Of a stretch of DNA of 64,000 nucleotides, positions 1-9,395 are shown piece by piece; the first letter of the stretch is position 1, and every line of letters starts with the position of its first letter. The stretch spans positions 8,064,001-8,128,000 of the forward strand of contig OZ244999.1 of NCBI GenBank assembly GCA_965223265.1, in the 5' to 3' direction. Made by a program: the position numbers and the translations under genes. The stretch comes from Planctomycetota bacterium. GTDB lineage: Bacteria > Planctomycetota > UBA8108 > SXIK01. Under the pieces are notes generated by a model. The model ran no database searches and had not been told where the DNA came from. It saw only the letters and a program-made list of their open reading frames with translations.

Positions 1-188
1 GCGCAAAGATCGGCGGCGACGTGAAGTGGAACTTTCAGAAGTATGTTGTCGGCGTCGATGGCAAACCGATCGCGCGCTTCGAGCCGAAGGAGGATCCCCT
101 GTCGCCGAAGGTGATTCAGGTTATCGAGACGGCGCTGAAGCGCGTACCGAACTCGGTGAAGAAGAGCAAGAAGGGGAAAGCTGACTGA
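1..188 (+). CDS. Glutathione peroxidase, C-terminal part (5'-truncated by window edge)
   Basis: Not in the ORF track. Frame from nt 3 reads AKIGGDVKWNFQKYVVGVDGKPIARFEP...KAD*, stop TGA at 186-188. WNFxK..V..DG....RF is the GPx C-terminal signature. Confidence 0.85.
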   Translation, partial: AKIGGDVKWNFQKYVVGVDGKPIARFEPKEDPLSPKVIQVIETALKRVPNSVKKSKKGKAD

Positions 189-193
189 GCGGC

Positions 194-727
194 ATGGAAG
201 CTGAGCCTGGTGGAACGGTGCGGCGGCTGTCACGGGCCGCCCACCGCCGCATGGTCGAGTGCGCCGAAGCGGACTATCCTGAGGAGACTTGCGGCTTTCT
301 CTTTGCACGCGCCGCCGGCGGCGACGGCACTTCTTCCGACGGTGCTCTCGCTGAGGGCGATCTAGAGGTCGTCCCGATGGAGAACATTCAGAACCGTCTC
401 CATCGCGAGGATCCGAGCTTCCACACGCGCGACGCAAAGACGGCCTACTGCTTCGATCCGCAGGAGATGCAGCGAGTGCTGCGGCGCTACGAAGAGGCCG
501 GCCAACCACTCTGCGGGATCTACCACTCCCACCCGGATAACGACGCCTATTTTTCGGAAACCGACAGCGCCGCGGCGGCGCCGTTCGGCGAGCCGAGTTA
601 TCCGGGCGTCGTCTACTACGTCTATAGCGTCCGCAGCGGCCGCGTCGCCGCCATGAAGGCGTTCGACTGGAGTGCCGACGCCGAGGCCTACGTCGAGATC
701 GAGGTGGCGGTCGAGCCTGGAAGTTAA
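194..727 (+). CDS. JAB1/MPN/Mov34 (JAMM, M67 family) metalloprotease, Mec/CysO-peptidase-like
   Basis: YPEETCGFL plus IYHSHPDNDAYFSETD match the E...HxH-x7-S-x2-D JAMM motif. Confidence 0.9.
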   Translation: MEAEPGGTVRRLSRAAHRRMVECAEADYPEETCGFLFARAAGGDGTSSDGALAEGDLEVVPMENIQNRLHREDPSFHTRDAKTAYCFDPQEMQRVLRRYEEAGQPLCGIYHSHPDNDAYFSETDSAAAAPFGEPSYPGVVYYVYSVRSGRVAAMKAFDWSADAEAYVEIEVAVEPGS

Positions 728-1045
728 TCTGTCTCCAACGAGAATGTACCGCGCGGCTCCGGTCCTTCTCACCACGAATCCAGCGCTGGGCTGCGGCCCG
801 CAACGACGTCTAGCGCACGAAACCGCACCGTGAGAATCGCCGGGCTGCTGGTAGAATGAGCTGGGACAGGAGCCGCGTGCATAATGCCCCGAGCCATTCA
901 ATGATCCTTTGATTCTTCCGGTCCGCTCACGAGGACCTCGTGCAGTCGGATCTCTCTCGGGTCGTCAACGGCGGCGCCGACAGAGACGCACGGGGTCGGC
1001 CGTCCGTTTCTGTCGGCGTTCAAGGTTTGCGGATGCGTGTGCGGC

Positions 1046-2143
1046 TCACTCGACCGGCGTCGGGGCGCTAACGACGGTGACGTCACCGGAGAGCGCCTTC
1101 ATGAACTCGACGAGATCTTTCTTTTCCTGGTCGGTGAGCTCGAGCTTTTTCATCTCGGGGTCGAGGGTGTCGTTGGGATTCCCGCCCTTGACGTAGAACT
1201 CTACCACGGCTTCGAGCGTCGCTTCGCTGCCGTCATGCATGTACGGCGCAGTATCGGCGATGTTGCGCAGTGTCGGCGTCTTGTAGGCGCCGATCTCCTT
1301 AGCGTTTCCTGTGATTGCGCCGCGCCCCGCGTGGTCCTTGGTGAAGTCCGGCTTGTCAGCGCCGACGCCAAGGTTGTGGTACTTCTCGTCGGTGAAGTTG
1401 AAGCCTGCGTGGCAGATCGAGCACCGTCCCTTGTTGTTGTCGCGGAAGATCTCCCAGCCCCGCGCCGCGGACTCGCTGATGGCCGACTTGTCGCCGGACT
1501 GAAAGCGATCGAAGGGTGAGTTGCCGCTGACGACGGTGCGCTCGAAGCTGGCGATCGCCTTGGCGACGCGTTCTTCACTGACGGTGTCGTCACCGAATGC
1601 GGCCGTGAAGAGCGGCTTGTAGCCGGCGATGCCGCGCAGGCGTTCCATCGCTTCGGGCAGCGGCAGATCCATCTCGATCGGGTTGGCAATCGGGCCGAGC
1701 GCTTGGTCTTCGAGATCCTTCGCGCGGCCGTCCCAGAACTGCTCGGTGCTGAAGAGGCGATTGATGATTGTGGGGGAGCTGCGCCCGCCCTTCTGATCGC
1801 GGACTCCCGTGGCGACCGCGGCGCCGTTCGACCAGCCTTTCTGCGGGTCGTGACAGGTGGCACACGAGACGGTGTTGTCCTTGGAAAGTCGCTTGTCGAA
1901 ATACAGGTGCCGCCCGAGCTCCACCAGCGCCGAACCCTTGGGTCCCTTGAGCTCGTCGGCGTTCGCCACCTTCATGCCGAACTCGTCGAGGCCGAGCGGC
2001 AGCGCATTGAGCGGCGCGACGAACTCGCCTTCTTTGGCAATAGGAGCGGGGCCGCTGCCCGGCTCGCTCTTGCCGCCCGGGGTACAGCTGAGCAGTGAAA
2101 TGGCTGCGACGGGTACGATCCATCCCTTCAGTATCGCGTGCAT
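1046..2143 (-). CDS. Di-heme cytochrome c peroxidase/MauG family lipoprotein
   Basis: Two CxxCH motifs (CATCH, CSICH), LYFDKRLS, QFWDGRA, KTPTLRNIADTAPYMHDGS. Lipobox-like ISLLSC. Start moved to ATG 2143, which has an AGGA upstream. Confidence 0.9.
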   Translation of the reverse strand: MHAILKGWIVPVAAISLLSCTPGGKSEPGSGPAPIAKEGEFVAPLNALPLGLDEFGMKVANADELKGPKGSALVELGRHLYFDKRLSKDNTVSCATCHDPQKGWSNGAAVATGVRDQKGGRSSPTIINRLFSTEQFWDGRAKDLEDQALGPIANPIEMDLPLPEAMERLRGIAGYKPLFTAAFGDDTVSEERVAKAIASFERTVVSGNSPFDRFQSGDKSAISESAARGWEIFRDNNKGRCSICHAGFNFTDEKYHNLGVGADKPDFTKDHAGRGAITGNAKEIGAYKTPTLRNIADTAPYMHDGSEATLEAVVEFYVKGGNPNDTLDPEMKKLELTDQEKKDLVEFMKALSGDVTVVSAPTPVE

Positions 2144-2290
2144 CGTTCCTTGGTCCTTTCCTGATCCTAATAGGTTGATCGTGTGTCTGCGGTCTTGGGA
2201 CGTTGTGCCTCGCGTCCTTCTGGCTCGCGGCAACTGAACTGCCTGGAGAAAAGTGAACGCTTCTCGCGTCGCCGCGATGCGCTACGAGGG

Positions 2291-3148
2291 CTACTGAGGC
2301 GACGGAAACTTGATGTTCAGCTGCGTTTTTTGGCCGGCTTCGATCTTGACCGTGCCAGTCTTCTCCTCGAGCGCTGCGTTGGTGTGCCACACTTCATGCC
2401 AGGCGATGTACTTGTATTCACCCGGTGGAATCTCGTCGATCGTGAGCCTCCCTTGTGCGTCGGTGACGGCGATGTAGGGATTCGAGTGAATCACCACGTA
2501 ACCGCGCATCCATTTGTGGACGTCACAGTCGACGCGCATGATGCCTGGACGCCGCAAGGGGCGCGCCCGCGGCGGTGGATCGCCGGGTGAGAGTGGCAGG
2601 TTGAAGAATTCACGATTGTTGATGTAGGGATGCGTCGTGTGGAGGATTGGGTCTTCGTTGCGGATCGCGAATTCCATTCCCTGAACGGCAACGCCGACAT
2701 GTGGTGCGAAAGCGCACCCTCGATTCGAAACCGTGATGCTTTCGGGCGGCTTCTTGGGCCCCGCCGCGATGCCTTCAAGCCTGACGACGAGGTTTTTGAC
2801 GCCGCGGGAGGCCGGGTCGACAATCAGGTTTTCGGTCACCACCTTGTGATTGCAGAAGTCGACGTCCGTGTTCACCGGGACCTCCGACTGCGTCGGCAGG
2901 TCATCGCCGTCGAACAAAACCGTGACAGCAAGCTCTCCGGTTGCGCCGACGTCCTTGACCTCGTAGCCGCTGCCTTTGAGGCCGCCGCTCAGTGAGTTTG
3001 CAGCCGACTTCGCCGCCTCGCTGGGCTCGCCCGTCGTCGTAGTCGTCTCCGACGGTGTTTTCTCGCCCGGTTGCCGTTTCGTGCAGCCGACCAAGCATGC
3101 ACACAGCGCCGTGGTCGCAGCGGTTAAGAGGATCGAGCTGTTTCGCAT
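2291..3148 (-). CDS. Lipoprotein with cupredoxin-like and carboxypeptidase-regulatory-like domains
   Basis: Signal MRNSSILL...CLVGC from ATG 3148. Motifs GCAFAPH, NEDPILHTTH, CDVHKWM (C-x2-H-x2-M) and TDAQGRLTIDEIPPGEY. Confidence 0.75.
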   Translation of the reverse strand: MRNSSILLTAATTALCACLVGCTKRQPGEKTPSETTTTTGEPSEAAKSAANSLSGGLKGSGYEVKDVGATGELAVTVLFDGDDLPTQSEVPVNTDVDFCNHKVVTENLIVDPASRGVKNLVVRLEGIAAGPKKPPESITVSNRGCAFAPHVGVAVQGMEFAIRNEDPILHTTHPYINNREFFNLPLSPGDPPPRARPLRRPGIMRVDCDVHKWMRGYVVIHSNPYIAVTDAQGRLTIDEIPPGEYKYIAWHEVWHTNAALEEKTGTVKIEAGQKTQLNIKFPSPQ

Positions 3149-3418
3149 GTGTCTTTCGCGTCGAGTTTTGGAAACGTGAGGTGCCCGCGTGACCTTGCAG
3201 GCCGCCCTCGGGAGAAGGCGGCACGACATGGGGTATAACACGGCCGCCGCGAAGCGCGCAACGGTCGAACGACTCGTGAACAGACGCGGAGTGGCGCAGA
3301 GCGCCTGCAGCTCGATTCCCGCCGCAGCGCCTGCGACGAGTGGCGAGCCGTAGGCGTCTCTTGCCGTCACTCTTCGCAGGCGCTGGAGATCCTCGTCACG
3401 GTCGAGCCGTGATCGAAC

Positions 3419-4015
3419 TCATGTGGTGAAGAGCAGCCAGTTGAGGACCGCCCAGCCGACCAGATTGCCGAGCGAAACGGCGAGGAGCCAGCGGTTGATC
3501 GGTGATTTCGGCGTGTAGGCGCTGAATCCTTGCCACCAGAGCACGATGGCGTGAACGAGAATCGAGACCGGCAACAACTTCCATAGGAGAGTGACCGGTG
3601 CGTTCCACTCAGAGGCCGGACCCGCGGCCCTTCTTGCCAGCGGCAGCGCGACCGTAAGTCCCAGATGCGCCAAGGCCCAGAGGAGATACCACGGGCTGAC
3701 GTGGAATTCGAGCAGATAGGATCCCGGCGATTCGTCTTCGAACTCGACGTCGGCGGACACTTGCGGCCCGGGCGGCGAAACCGGGGAGGGAGGTGGCGCG
3801 TCGGCTTCCGTCGCCGGCCGGCGCTGCGCCCGCGCGGGTGACGGCGCGGGTGACGGTGACGGCGCCGGTGCTGCATCTTCGCCGTTCGGCACGCCGCCGG
3901 CCTGAGCGGCGCTACCTGGGTTGTCTGCGTTTGAGGGGTCGGGTGTCACAACAGCGGTTCTCGTATCGAAATCTGATGGCGATCTTCGGCGCCTGCGATA
4001 GACTCCCCGAATCAA
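3419..4015 (-). CDS. Hypothetical membrane protein (Pro-rich N-terminus, about 3 TM helices); start uncertain, possibly GTG 3949
   Basis: Three hydrophobic C-terminal segments; divergent from glyA. Confidence 0.55.
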   Translation of the reverse strand: MIRGVYRRRRRSPSDFDTRTAVVTPDPSNADNPGSAAQAGGVPNGEDAAPAPSPSPAPSPARAQRRPATEADAPPPSPVSPPGPQVSADVEFEDESPGSYLLEFHVSPWYLLWALAHLGLTVALPLARRAAGPASEWNAPVTLLWKLLPVSILVHAIVLWWQGFSAYTPKSPINRWLLAVSLGNLVGWAVLNWLLFTT

Positions 4016-4050
4016 TCAGGACAATCAATCCAACCGCTCGGAAATCCCTC

Positions 4051-5325
4051 ATGTCACGTGCCGTTCGTCTCGATCACGTCCGCCGTACTGACCCGATCAT
4101 CGCAGAGCTGCTTGAGAAGGAAGAACGCCGTCAGGCGACCACCATCCGCCTCATCCCGTCGGAGAACTACGCTTCCAGCGCCGTCATGGAGGCGACCGGC
4201 ACGGTCCTAACGAACAAGTATTCTGAGGGATATTCAGGCAAACGCTACTATCAAGGGCAGGAGTTCATCGACCAGATCGAGTCGCTCGCGCAGCAGCGCG
4301 CCAAGGAGCTCTTCGGGGTCGAGCATGCCAACGTTCAGCCCTACTCAGGCTCACCCGCGAATGCTGCCGTCTACCTCGCGCTTCTCAAGCCGGGTGACAA
4401 GGTGATGGGAATGAGCCTGCCGTTCGGCGGTCACTTGACCCACGGCTGGCGCGTCAATTTCTCCGGCATCCAGTATGACGCCGTGCAGTATGAGGTACAC
4501 CCTGAGACGCACCTCGTCGATATGGACCAGGTTCGCGACCTCGCGCTCAAGGAGCGGCCGAAGGTTCTCTTCACCGGCGGTACGGCCTATCCGCGCGTCT
4601 GGGACTTTTCCGCCTTCGCTGAGATAGCGGACGAGGTGGATGCTGTGCTCGTCGCCGACATCGCGCACATCGCCGGGCTGGTCGCTGCCGGCATTCACCC
4701 CTCGCCAGTGCCCCACGCGCCTGTGATCACGTCGACGACGCACAAGACGCTCCGCGGCCCGCGCGGCGGAATGATTCTTTCGACTGAGGAATACGCGCGC
4801 GCGCTCGATCGCGCGGTTTTCCCCGGTCTCCAGGGAGGTCCGCACAACCACACCACCGCGGCGCTGGCGGTCGCGCTCGCCGAGGCCAACACCGATGATT
4901 TCCGCAGCTACGCGGCGCAGATCGTCCGCAACGCCAAAGCACTTGCGGAGACGCTTCGCGGACACGGCTTCCGCCTCATCTCGGGCGGCACCGACAACCA
5001 TCTCATCCTCATCGACACGACGCACGGTAGTGCTTCGCGCCCCAGCGTCGCGGGAAAGCCGGCGGCGCAGGCGCTCGAGAAGGCCGGGCTCGAGTGCAAC
5101 TACAACACCGTACCGTTCGACCCGCGCAAGCCGTTCGACCCGAGCGGTATTCGCATCGGCACACCGGGCGTCACCAGCTGCGGCATGAAGGAGAGCGAGA
5201 TGGCACGGGTCGGCGACTGGATGGAGCGGGCGCTCGCGAACGCCGGTGACGAGGCGGAGCTCGCCCGCATCAGGGCCGAGGTCGCGGAGCTCATGGCGCA
5301 GTTTCCGCCACCAGGGATCGGCTAG
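4051..5325 (+). CDS. glyA: Serine hydroxymethyltransferase
   Basis: LIPSENY, TNKYSEGYSGKRYY, NVQPYSGSPAN, GGHLTHG, TSTTHKTLRGPRGG (PLP lysine), SGIRIGT. Start set at ATG 4051. Confidence 0.97.
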   Translation: MSRAVRLDHVRRTDPIIAELLEKEERRQATTIRLIPSENYASSAVMEATGTVLTNKYSEGYSGKRYYQGQEFIDQIESLAQQRAKELFGVEHANVQPYSGSPANAAVYLALLKPGDKVMGMSLPFGGHLTHGWRVNFSGIQYDAVQYEVHPETHLVDMDQVRDLALKERPKVLFTGGTAYPRVWDFSAFAEIADEVDAVLVADIAHIAGLVAAGIHPSPVPHAPVITSTTHKTLRGPRGGMILSTEEYARALDRAVFPGLQGGPHNHTTAALAVALAEANTDDFRSYAAQIVRNAKALAETLRGHGFRLISGGTDNHLILIDTTHGSASRPSVAGKPAAQALEKAGLECNYNTVPFDPRKPFDPSGIRIGTPGVTSCGMKESEMARVGDWMERALANAGDEAELARIRAEVAELMAQFPPPGIG

Positions 5326-5376
5326 TGTGATGAGTGCATCGTTCGACCAAGAAGTCTCACTCTAACGGGTCTTCGC

Positions 5377-6684
5377 TCAATCCTTCGACCCTGACTCGGG
5401 CGCCGGCTCGACCCAGGTTACCGAGAACACGTCGGCTCGCTGCAAGTCGGCGTCGAGGTAGTACGCAAGCGTCGTTGGCGGTCGCCAGCAGAACGTTGGG
5501 AACTCATTCGGCGGCGGGCATTCGACGATCTCGAGGCCGTGGACGTCGTCGACTGGCGCGTCGAAGACGATACGGAACTCTTGACTGGCGTTGTGGTGCC
5601 ACCCCGCCAAGACGAGCTGCTCGTAGGCGACGATTTCCAGCGTTTGGCCGCGGAACTCGACAGTCGCCGCATCGAAGTGGCGGTTGCCTGTCTCGCCGGC
5701 CACACCGCGGCCGAGAAACGTATCGAGCAGAAGCAAGTCGACGTGGGTGCCGTCCGCCATGTCGAGCGCGTAGGGCCTTGGAAACGTCGGGCTCCAGATG
5801 TCTGCGAAGACGCAGGTGTAGAAAACGAGTCGCTGGCGATCTTCCTCGGGGAGGGAGAGGCGCTCGATCCGCAGCAAGCCGATCGCTGGAGCGCCAAACG
5901 CACCGTCCATCACGGCGCAGTCAAGGGCTTCGGTCGCGCCACTGTCCTCCGGTCTGTAGTCAAACGTGACCAAGAGCTCACCCTCGTCGGCATCAAATGT
6001 CTGGGTGTACCGGAACGGATAAAAGGCTTCCGCGTCCCACTGGAACGTGCCGGGGCCCTGCGGGGTCGCCGGCTGCAAGTCAGCGCCGAAGCTCAGCGCG
6101 GCGATCAGGTCCACGCCCGGCGTCTCGCCGCGCAGGAGTGCGTAGGTGCCGGGACGAAGCGTCAGCTTCGAAAGCACCGGCAGGCGCGACTCGATCGTGG
6201 TGAACGGCTCGCTCCACATCGAGACGAGCTCGAGTTCGTTGGCGACGGTAAAACGCAGCACGTTGTCCGCGCAGCCGATGGACACCTCGCACGAAAGTTT
6301 GTCGCGCGTCGGGTCTTCGCCGCAGCTGCGGTAGGGTTCAGGGAGTGGCGGCCCGTCGACGAAGAGGTGTGTGAGCAAGCGGATCGGATCGCTGACGTCC
6401 ACATCGCCGTCGTCGTTCACGTCGTGGGCGTCGAGGCAAAGCGGCGACGCGCAGGGGCCGACGCTCGCCTCAAAGAGGTAAAGAAGCGTGCAGATCGCGT
6501 CGCTCAGGTCGATCTCCGAGTCGTCGTTCGCGTCGCCGCGCTCAAAGTTTGCCTGGGCCGCGACCGGGAGAGCCGTGAGGGTTAGCAGCGTCGAGATCGT
6601 CGCAAGCTGAACGCACCTCCGGTAGGACCGTCGAATGAACCGTCCGAGGGTGGGTTCGCGGTTGAGTCTGTCGCACAAGTTCAC
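5377..6684 (-). CDS. Secreted protein with N-terminal dockerin-like module and uncharacterised C-terminal domain
   Basis: AGGAGG before GTG 6684. Signal-like LLTLTALPVAAQA, then FERGDANDDSEIDLSDAI...DVNDDGDVDVSDPI...CGEDPTRDKLSC. Confidence 0.8.
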   Translation of the reverse strand: MNLCDRLNREPTLGRFIRRSYRRCVQLATISTLLTLTALPVAAQANFERGDANDDSEIDLSDAICTLLYLFEASVGPCASPLCLDAHDVNDDGDVDVSDPIRLLTHLFVDGPPLPEPYRSCGEDPTRDKLSCEVSIGCADNVLRFTVANELELVSMWSEPFTTIESRLPVLSKLTLRPGTYALLRGETPGVDLIAALSFGADLQPATPQGPGTFQWDAEAFYPFRYTQTFDADEGELLVTFDYRPEDSGATEALDCAVMDGAFGAPAIGLLRIERLSLPEEDRQRLVFYTCVFADIWSPTFPRPYALDMADGTHVDLLLLDTFLGRGVAGETGNRHFDAATVEFRGQTLEIVAYEQLVLAGWHHNASQEFRIVFDAPVDDVHGLEIVECPPPNEFPTFCWRPPTTLAYYLDADLQRADVFSVTWVEPAPESGSKD

Positions 6685-6874
6685 GGCGTCCCTCCTGTGC
6701 CTTGGCTTGCACCATTCAAAGATGATTGTTGGGCTGCGATTTTTGGGCGGCCGATTCCCCGCGGCTCAGCCTTGTTCGATGCTCAGCGCCCGCGCCTACG
6801 ACGGCAAGTTTTTTCGGGCTGCGACTGGCTGCTGGACGCGCTGGATCACGGGGCGACTGAGCTGGTTGACCGCA

Positions 6875-7795
6875 TCACGACCGCGGGGGCAGGTAGATCG
6901 GAAAGCTGGGATTGGCCCACTGGGCGGCGACTTCAATATCGAGTGCGCCGCGTGGCGCGTAGGCCAGCGGCCTGAGTGTCACGACTCCACGGAGGCGTTC
7001 GTAAACCGCTGTGACCTCAGATTCCTCGAGTAGCTCTTGGGTAGAGCCGGGATCGACGATGAGCGAGAAGCCGTAGAGGGTCTCGTCAGGGGTCCTGATG
7101 CGGACGAGGTCGCCGGCGAAGTATTCGCGCGTCGCCCGTCGCATGACCAGCTGGACGTATCCTTCCGCGCCGAGGTCCGCGAAGCGTTCGGGAAACACCG
7201 AGACGAGAAACGGATGGTGAAATCGATGGCGGTTGACGTTCTGAAAGGTGACCGGGAGCAGCGATGGATCATCGCGCGCGGGCGCGAAGAATTTCCCGAG
7301 CCGGTCGATGTCTTCAAAGATGGTCAGCGCGACAGAAACCGCGTGAAACTCCGCCGGGCTGGTGAGGCGAGCGAGGAAGTCCTCGTCGGTGGCGCAGGGC
7401 GAGCGGTCGCAGGCGAGCGTGGAGGATTCGTCGGCTTCGCCGCACTCCGGGAACGGTGCAGCCGGAGCGCTACCGCTGACGAAGAGGTAGTTCAGCAGCG
7501 TGATCGCATCGCCGATGTCGGACTGGTCGTCACCGTTGGTGTCCGTTGCCGCCACGCAGCCGGGCGTGTCCCCCGAGGCGAAAAGATAGCGTAGCGTAAA
7601 GATCGCGTCCGAGATTTCGATCTCACCGTCACCGTTTGAGTCGCCGCGAATGAATGGCGTGGCGGCGGAGGTCGCCCGCGGCGCGAGAAGCAGGACCGTC
7701 ACAACGCCGAGCGCCACAGTCGTCGCTGCGACGCCGCGGCGAGCGGAGTTGTCGCGACGGAGCGCGCCTTGGACTGCGCGGGGCGTCACTTCCAA
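6875..7795 (-). CDS. Secreted protein with N-terminal dockerin-like module and uncharacterised domain (start uncertain; ORF open to 7999)
   Basis: Hydrophobic signal VALGVVTVLLLAPRATSA, then FIRGDSNGDGEIEISDAI...DTNGDDQSDIGDAI...PFPECG. Confidence 0.8.
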   Translation of the reverse strand: MEVTPRAVQGALRRDNSARRGVAATTVALGVVTVLLLAPRATSAATPFIRGDSNGDGEIEISDAIFTLRYLFASGDTPGCVAATDTNGDDQSDIGDAITLLNYLFVSGSAPAAPFPECGEADESSTLACDRSPCATDEDFLARLTSPAEFHAVSVALTIFEDIDRLGKFFAPARDDPSLLPVTFQNVNRHRFHHPFLVSVFPERFADLGAEGYVQLVMRRATREYFAGDLVRIRTPDETLYGFSLIVDPGSTQELLEESEVTAVYERLRGVVTLRPLAYAPRGALDIEVAAQWANPSFPIYLPPRS

Positions 7796-8029
7796 TGCTT
7801 GTCTTCGCGGCGCGCACGGTCTCCGATGCGTGACCGGAGAACTGACGGGCGAATTGAGCCGAGACTTCACCTGGAACCTCACCAGTAGGTCAACGTTAAC
7901 CTCGAGAGAGGCACCATTCAGCGACCTCCGAGGATCCATTCTCGCACGCCCTGGCGGCAGTGCAACGACGGTTTGACCGCGGCCGCGCCTCGCCTCCATC
8001 GCTTCGTTCGCAGTCGAGCGGCCGCTACC

Positions 8030-9190
8030 TCAGTTGCCGTCGGCGTTTCCTTGTGGTGGCGTTTTCTTCGTGCCGTCCGCGTCCAGCGCTTCGAGGACCT
8101 CAAGAATCTTCTCGGCGCTGGGGCGATCGCTGTACTTTTTTCCCCGGTGGGCGAAGCGAAGTACGCCTTCGGCGTCGATGACAAACGTCGCTGGTCGGTT
8201 GGACCACTCCGTGTGGATCTGCATCTGGAAGGCGACACCGTACGTGGCGCTGACGAGATGGGCGGGGTCAGCCAGGACCGGAACCTTGAGGTCTTCCGGT
8301 TTGTCGGCGGATTCTTTGAGCATATGCTTCACACGATATTTTTCGTGTGGATCGACGATCAGAATCTGCGCGGCGGCGGCGAGGCCAGCATTCTTGGCGG
8401 CGCACAACTGTGCGATCTGCTTGTGGCAGACCGGTCATGTATCGCCGTAGACAAAGATCAGCACGACCGGTCGGCCGCGAAAGCTGCTGAGGCGGTACGA
8501 TCCGCCAAGCGCGCCCTCGAGCGTGAAGTCGGGCGCAGCCGCGCCAACGCGTGCGGTATCGAGCCGCGTGAGATCGAACGCCGCCAAGTCGCGCCGGATT
8601 TTGGTGTTCATGGCTTTCCCGCGCCGTTCGATGGCGAACGTGACGTGCTTGCGCACGTCCTTGTTAGCGTCGGTCGCCTTCACGGCAGTCAGGCGACCGC
8701 TCTGCTTGAGGTTGCCGAATTTGCCGAGAGCGTCGACGGCGTAGAGTCGCGCTGCCGCCACGGGTTCTGCAGCGAGTAACTCCTCGATCACGCCACGATC
8801 GCGCTCATCGCCGAGGAAGCTCAGGGCCTGGGCGGCAAAGACGCGTACCTCGGCATCCGAATCTTTGAGTGCCGCCGCGAGTGGCGCGCGGGCGTTGTCG
8901 CCGGCACGCGCCAGCTGTCGAAGGGCGGTGACGCGGACCTTCCAGCCGTCGTCGTCCCCGTCTCGCATGTGATTCTTCGTTGCGGCCCAGCCTTGACGGA
9001 AGTCGTTGAGAGCTCGGTCGGCGTCCGGCGTCTCCTGCGACTTCGCGTCTCCAGGTGCGGCGCCCTTGGGATCCGTCGCGAACCCGAGCTGCGAGTTGAC
9101 TGCGACGAACACGCACGCCAGCGCGCCGGAGAAGACGAGCGCTGCGAGGGGTCGGGTGCGCACGAGCCGCGAGTGCTGAGGCCTGATCAT
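8030..9190 (-). CDS. Probable selenoprotein: signal peptide + HEAT/PBS-like repeats + AhpC/TSA (peroxiredoxin-like) domain with UxxC motif
   Basis: ORFs 8435-9190 and 8030-8407 share a frame, separated only by TGA at 8437-8435. Read-through gives VGAAAPDFTL...YRLSSFRGRPVVLIFVYGDT-U-PVCHKQIAQL...VLADP...YGV...RPATFVIDAEGVLRF, one continuous thioredoxin-fold domain. Confidence 0.85.
8401..8434 (-). promoter_or_regulatory. Candidate bacterial SECIS element
   Basis: Immediately 3' of the UGA: stem GGUCUGC/GCAGAUC (loop CACAA) and stem CGCAC/GUGCG with loop AGUU, whose G lies at +27. This fits the bSECIS spacing model. Folded by eye only. Confidence 0.5.
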
Positions 9191-9395
9191 GTCTGACTCC
9201 TTGAGATTGTTTTCTCACCGCTGGGTAACAAGAACAACGGAGAAATCACCGCGATCGGTTCCCGGGACGCGCCGCACGTCAAGCGGGCGGGCGGCGACGG
9301 CCGTTTTCAAGCCTCTTGTTCCTGGCCCCGAAGAGAGCCATCTGGGAAAATGCTCGTTGAGGAAGACGCTGACCCACTGGAGAGGTGCTCAGACT

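Noticed and set aside
3793-4050. 86-aa N-terminal extension of GlyA, or a ZTP riboswitch upstream of glyA
   Set aside because: SHMT homology starts at ATG 4051 and the extension overlaps the divergent gene; the ZMP/ZTP aptamer consensus was not recognisable.
5377-5410. C-terminal VEPAPESGSKD (and FEVP at 25662) as PEP-CTERM sorting signals
   Set aside because: No following transmembrane helix or basic tail.
8435-8437. Nonsense mutation or pseudogene interpretation of the split AhpC/TSA gene
   Set aside because: The TGA is exactly at the redox-active position of an xxxC motif and both halves are intact, so Sec recoding is more parsimonious.
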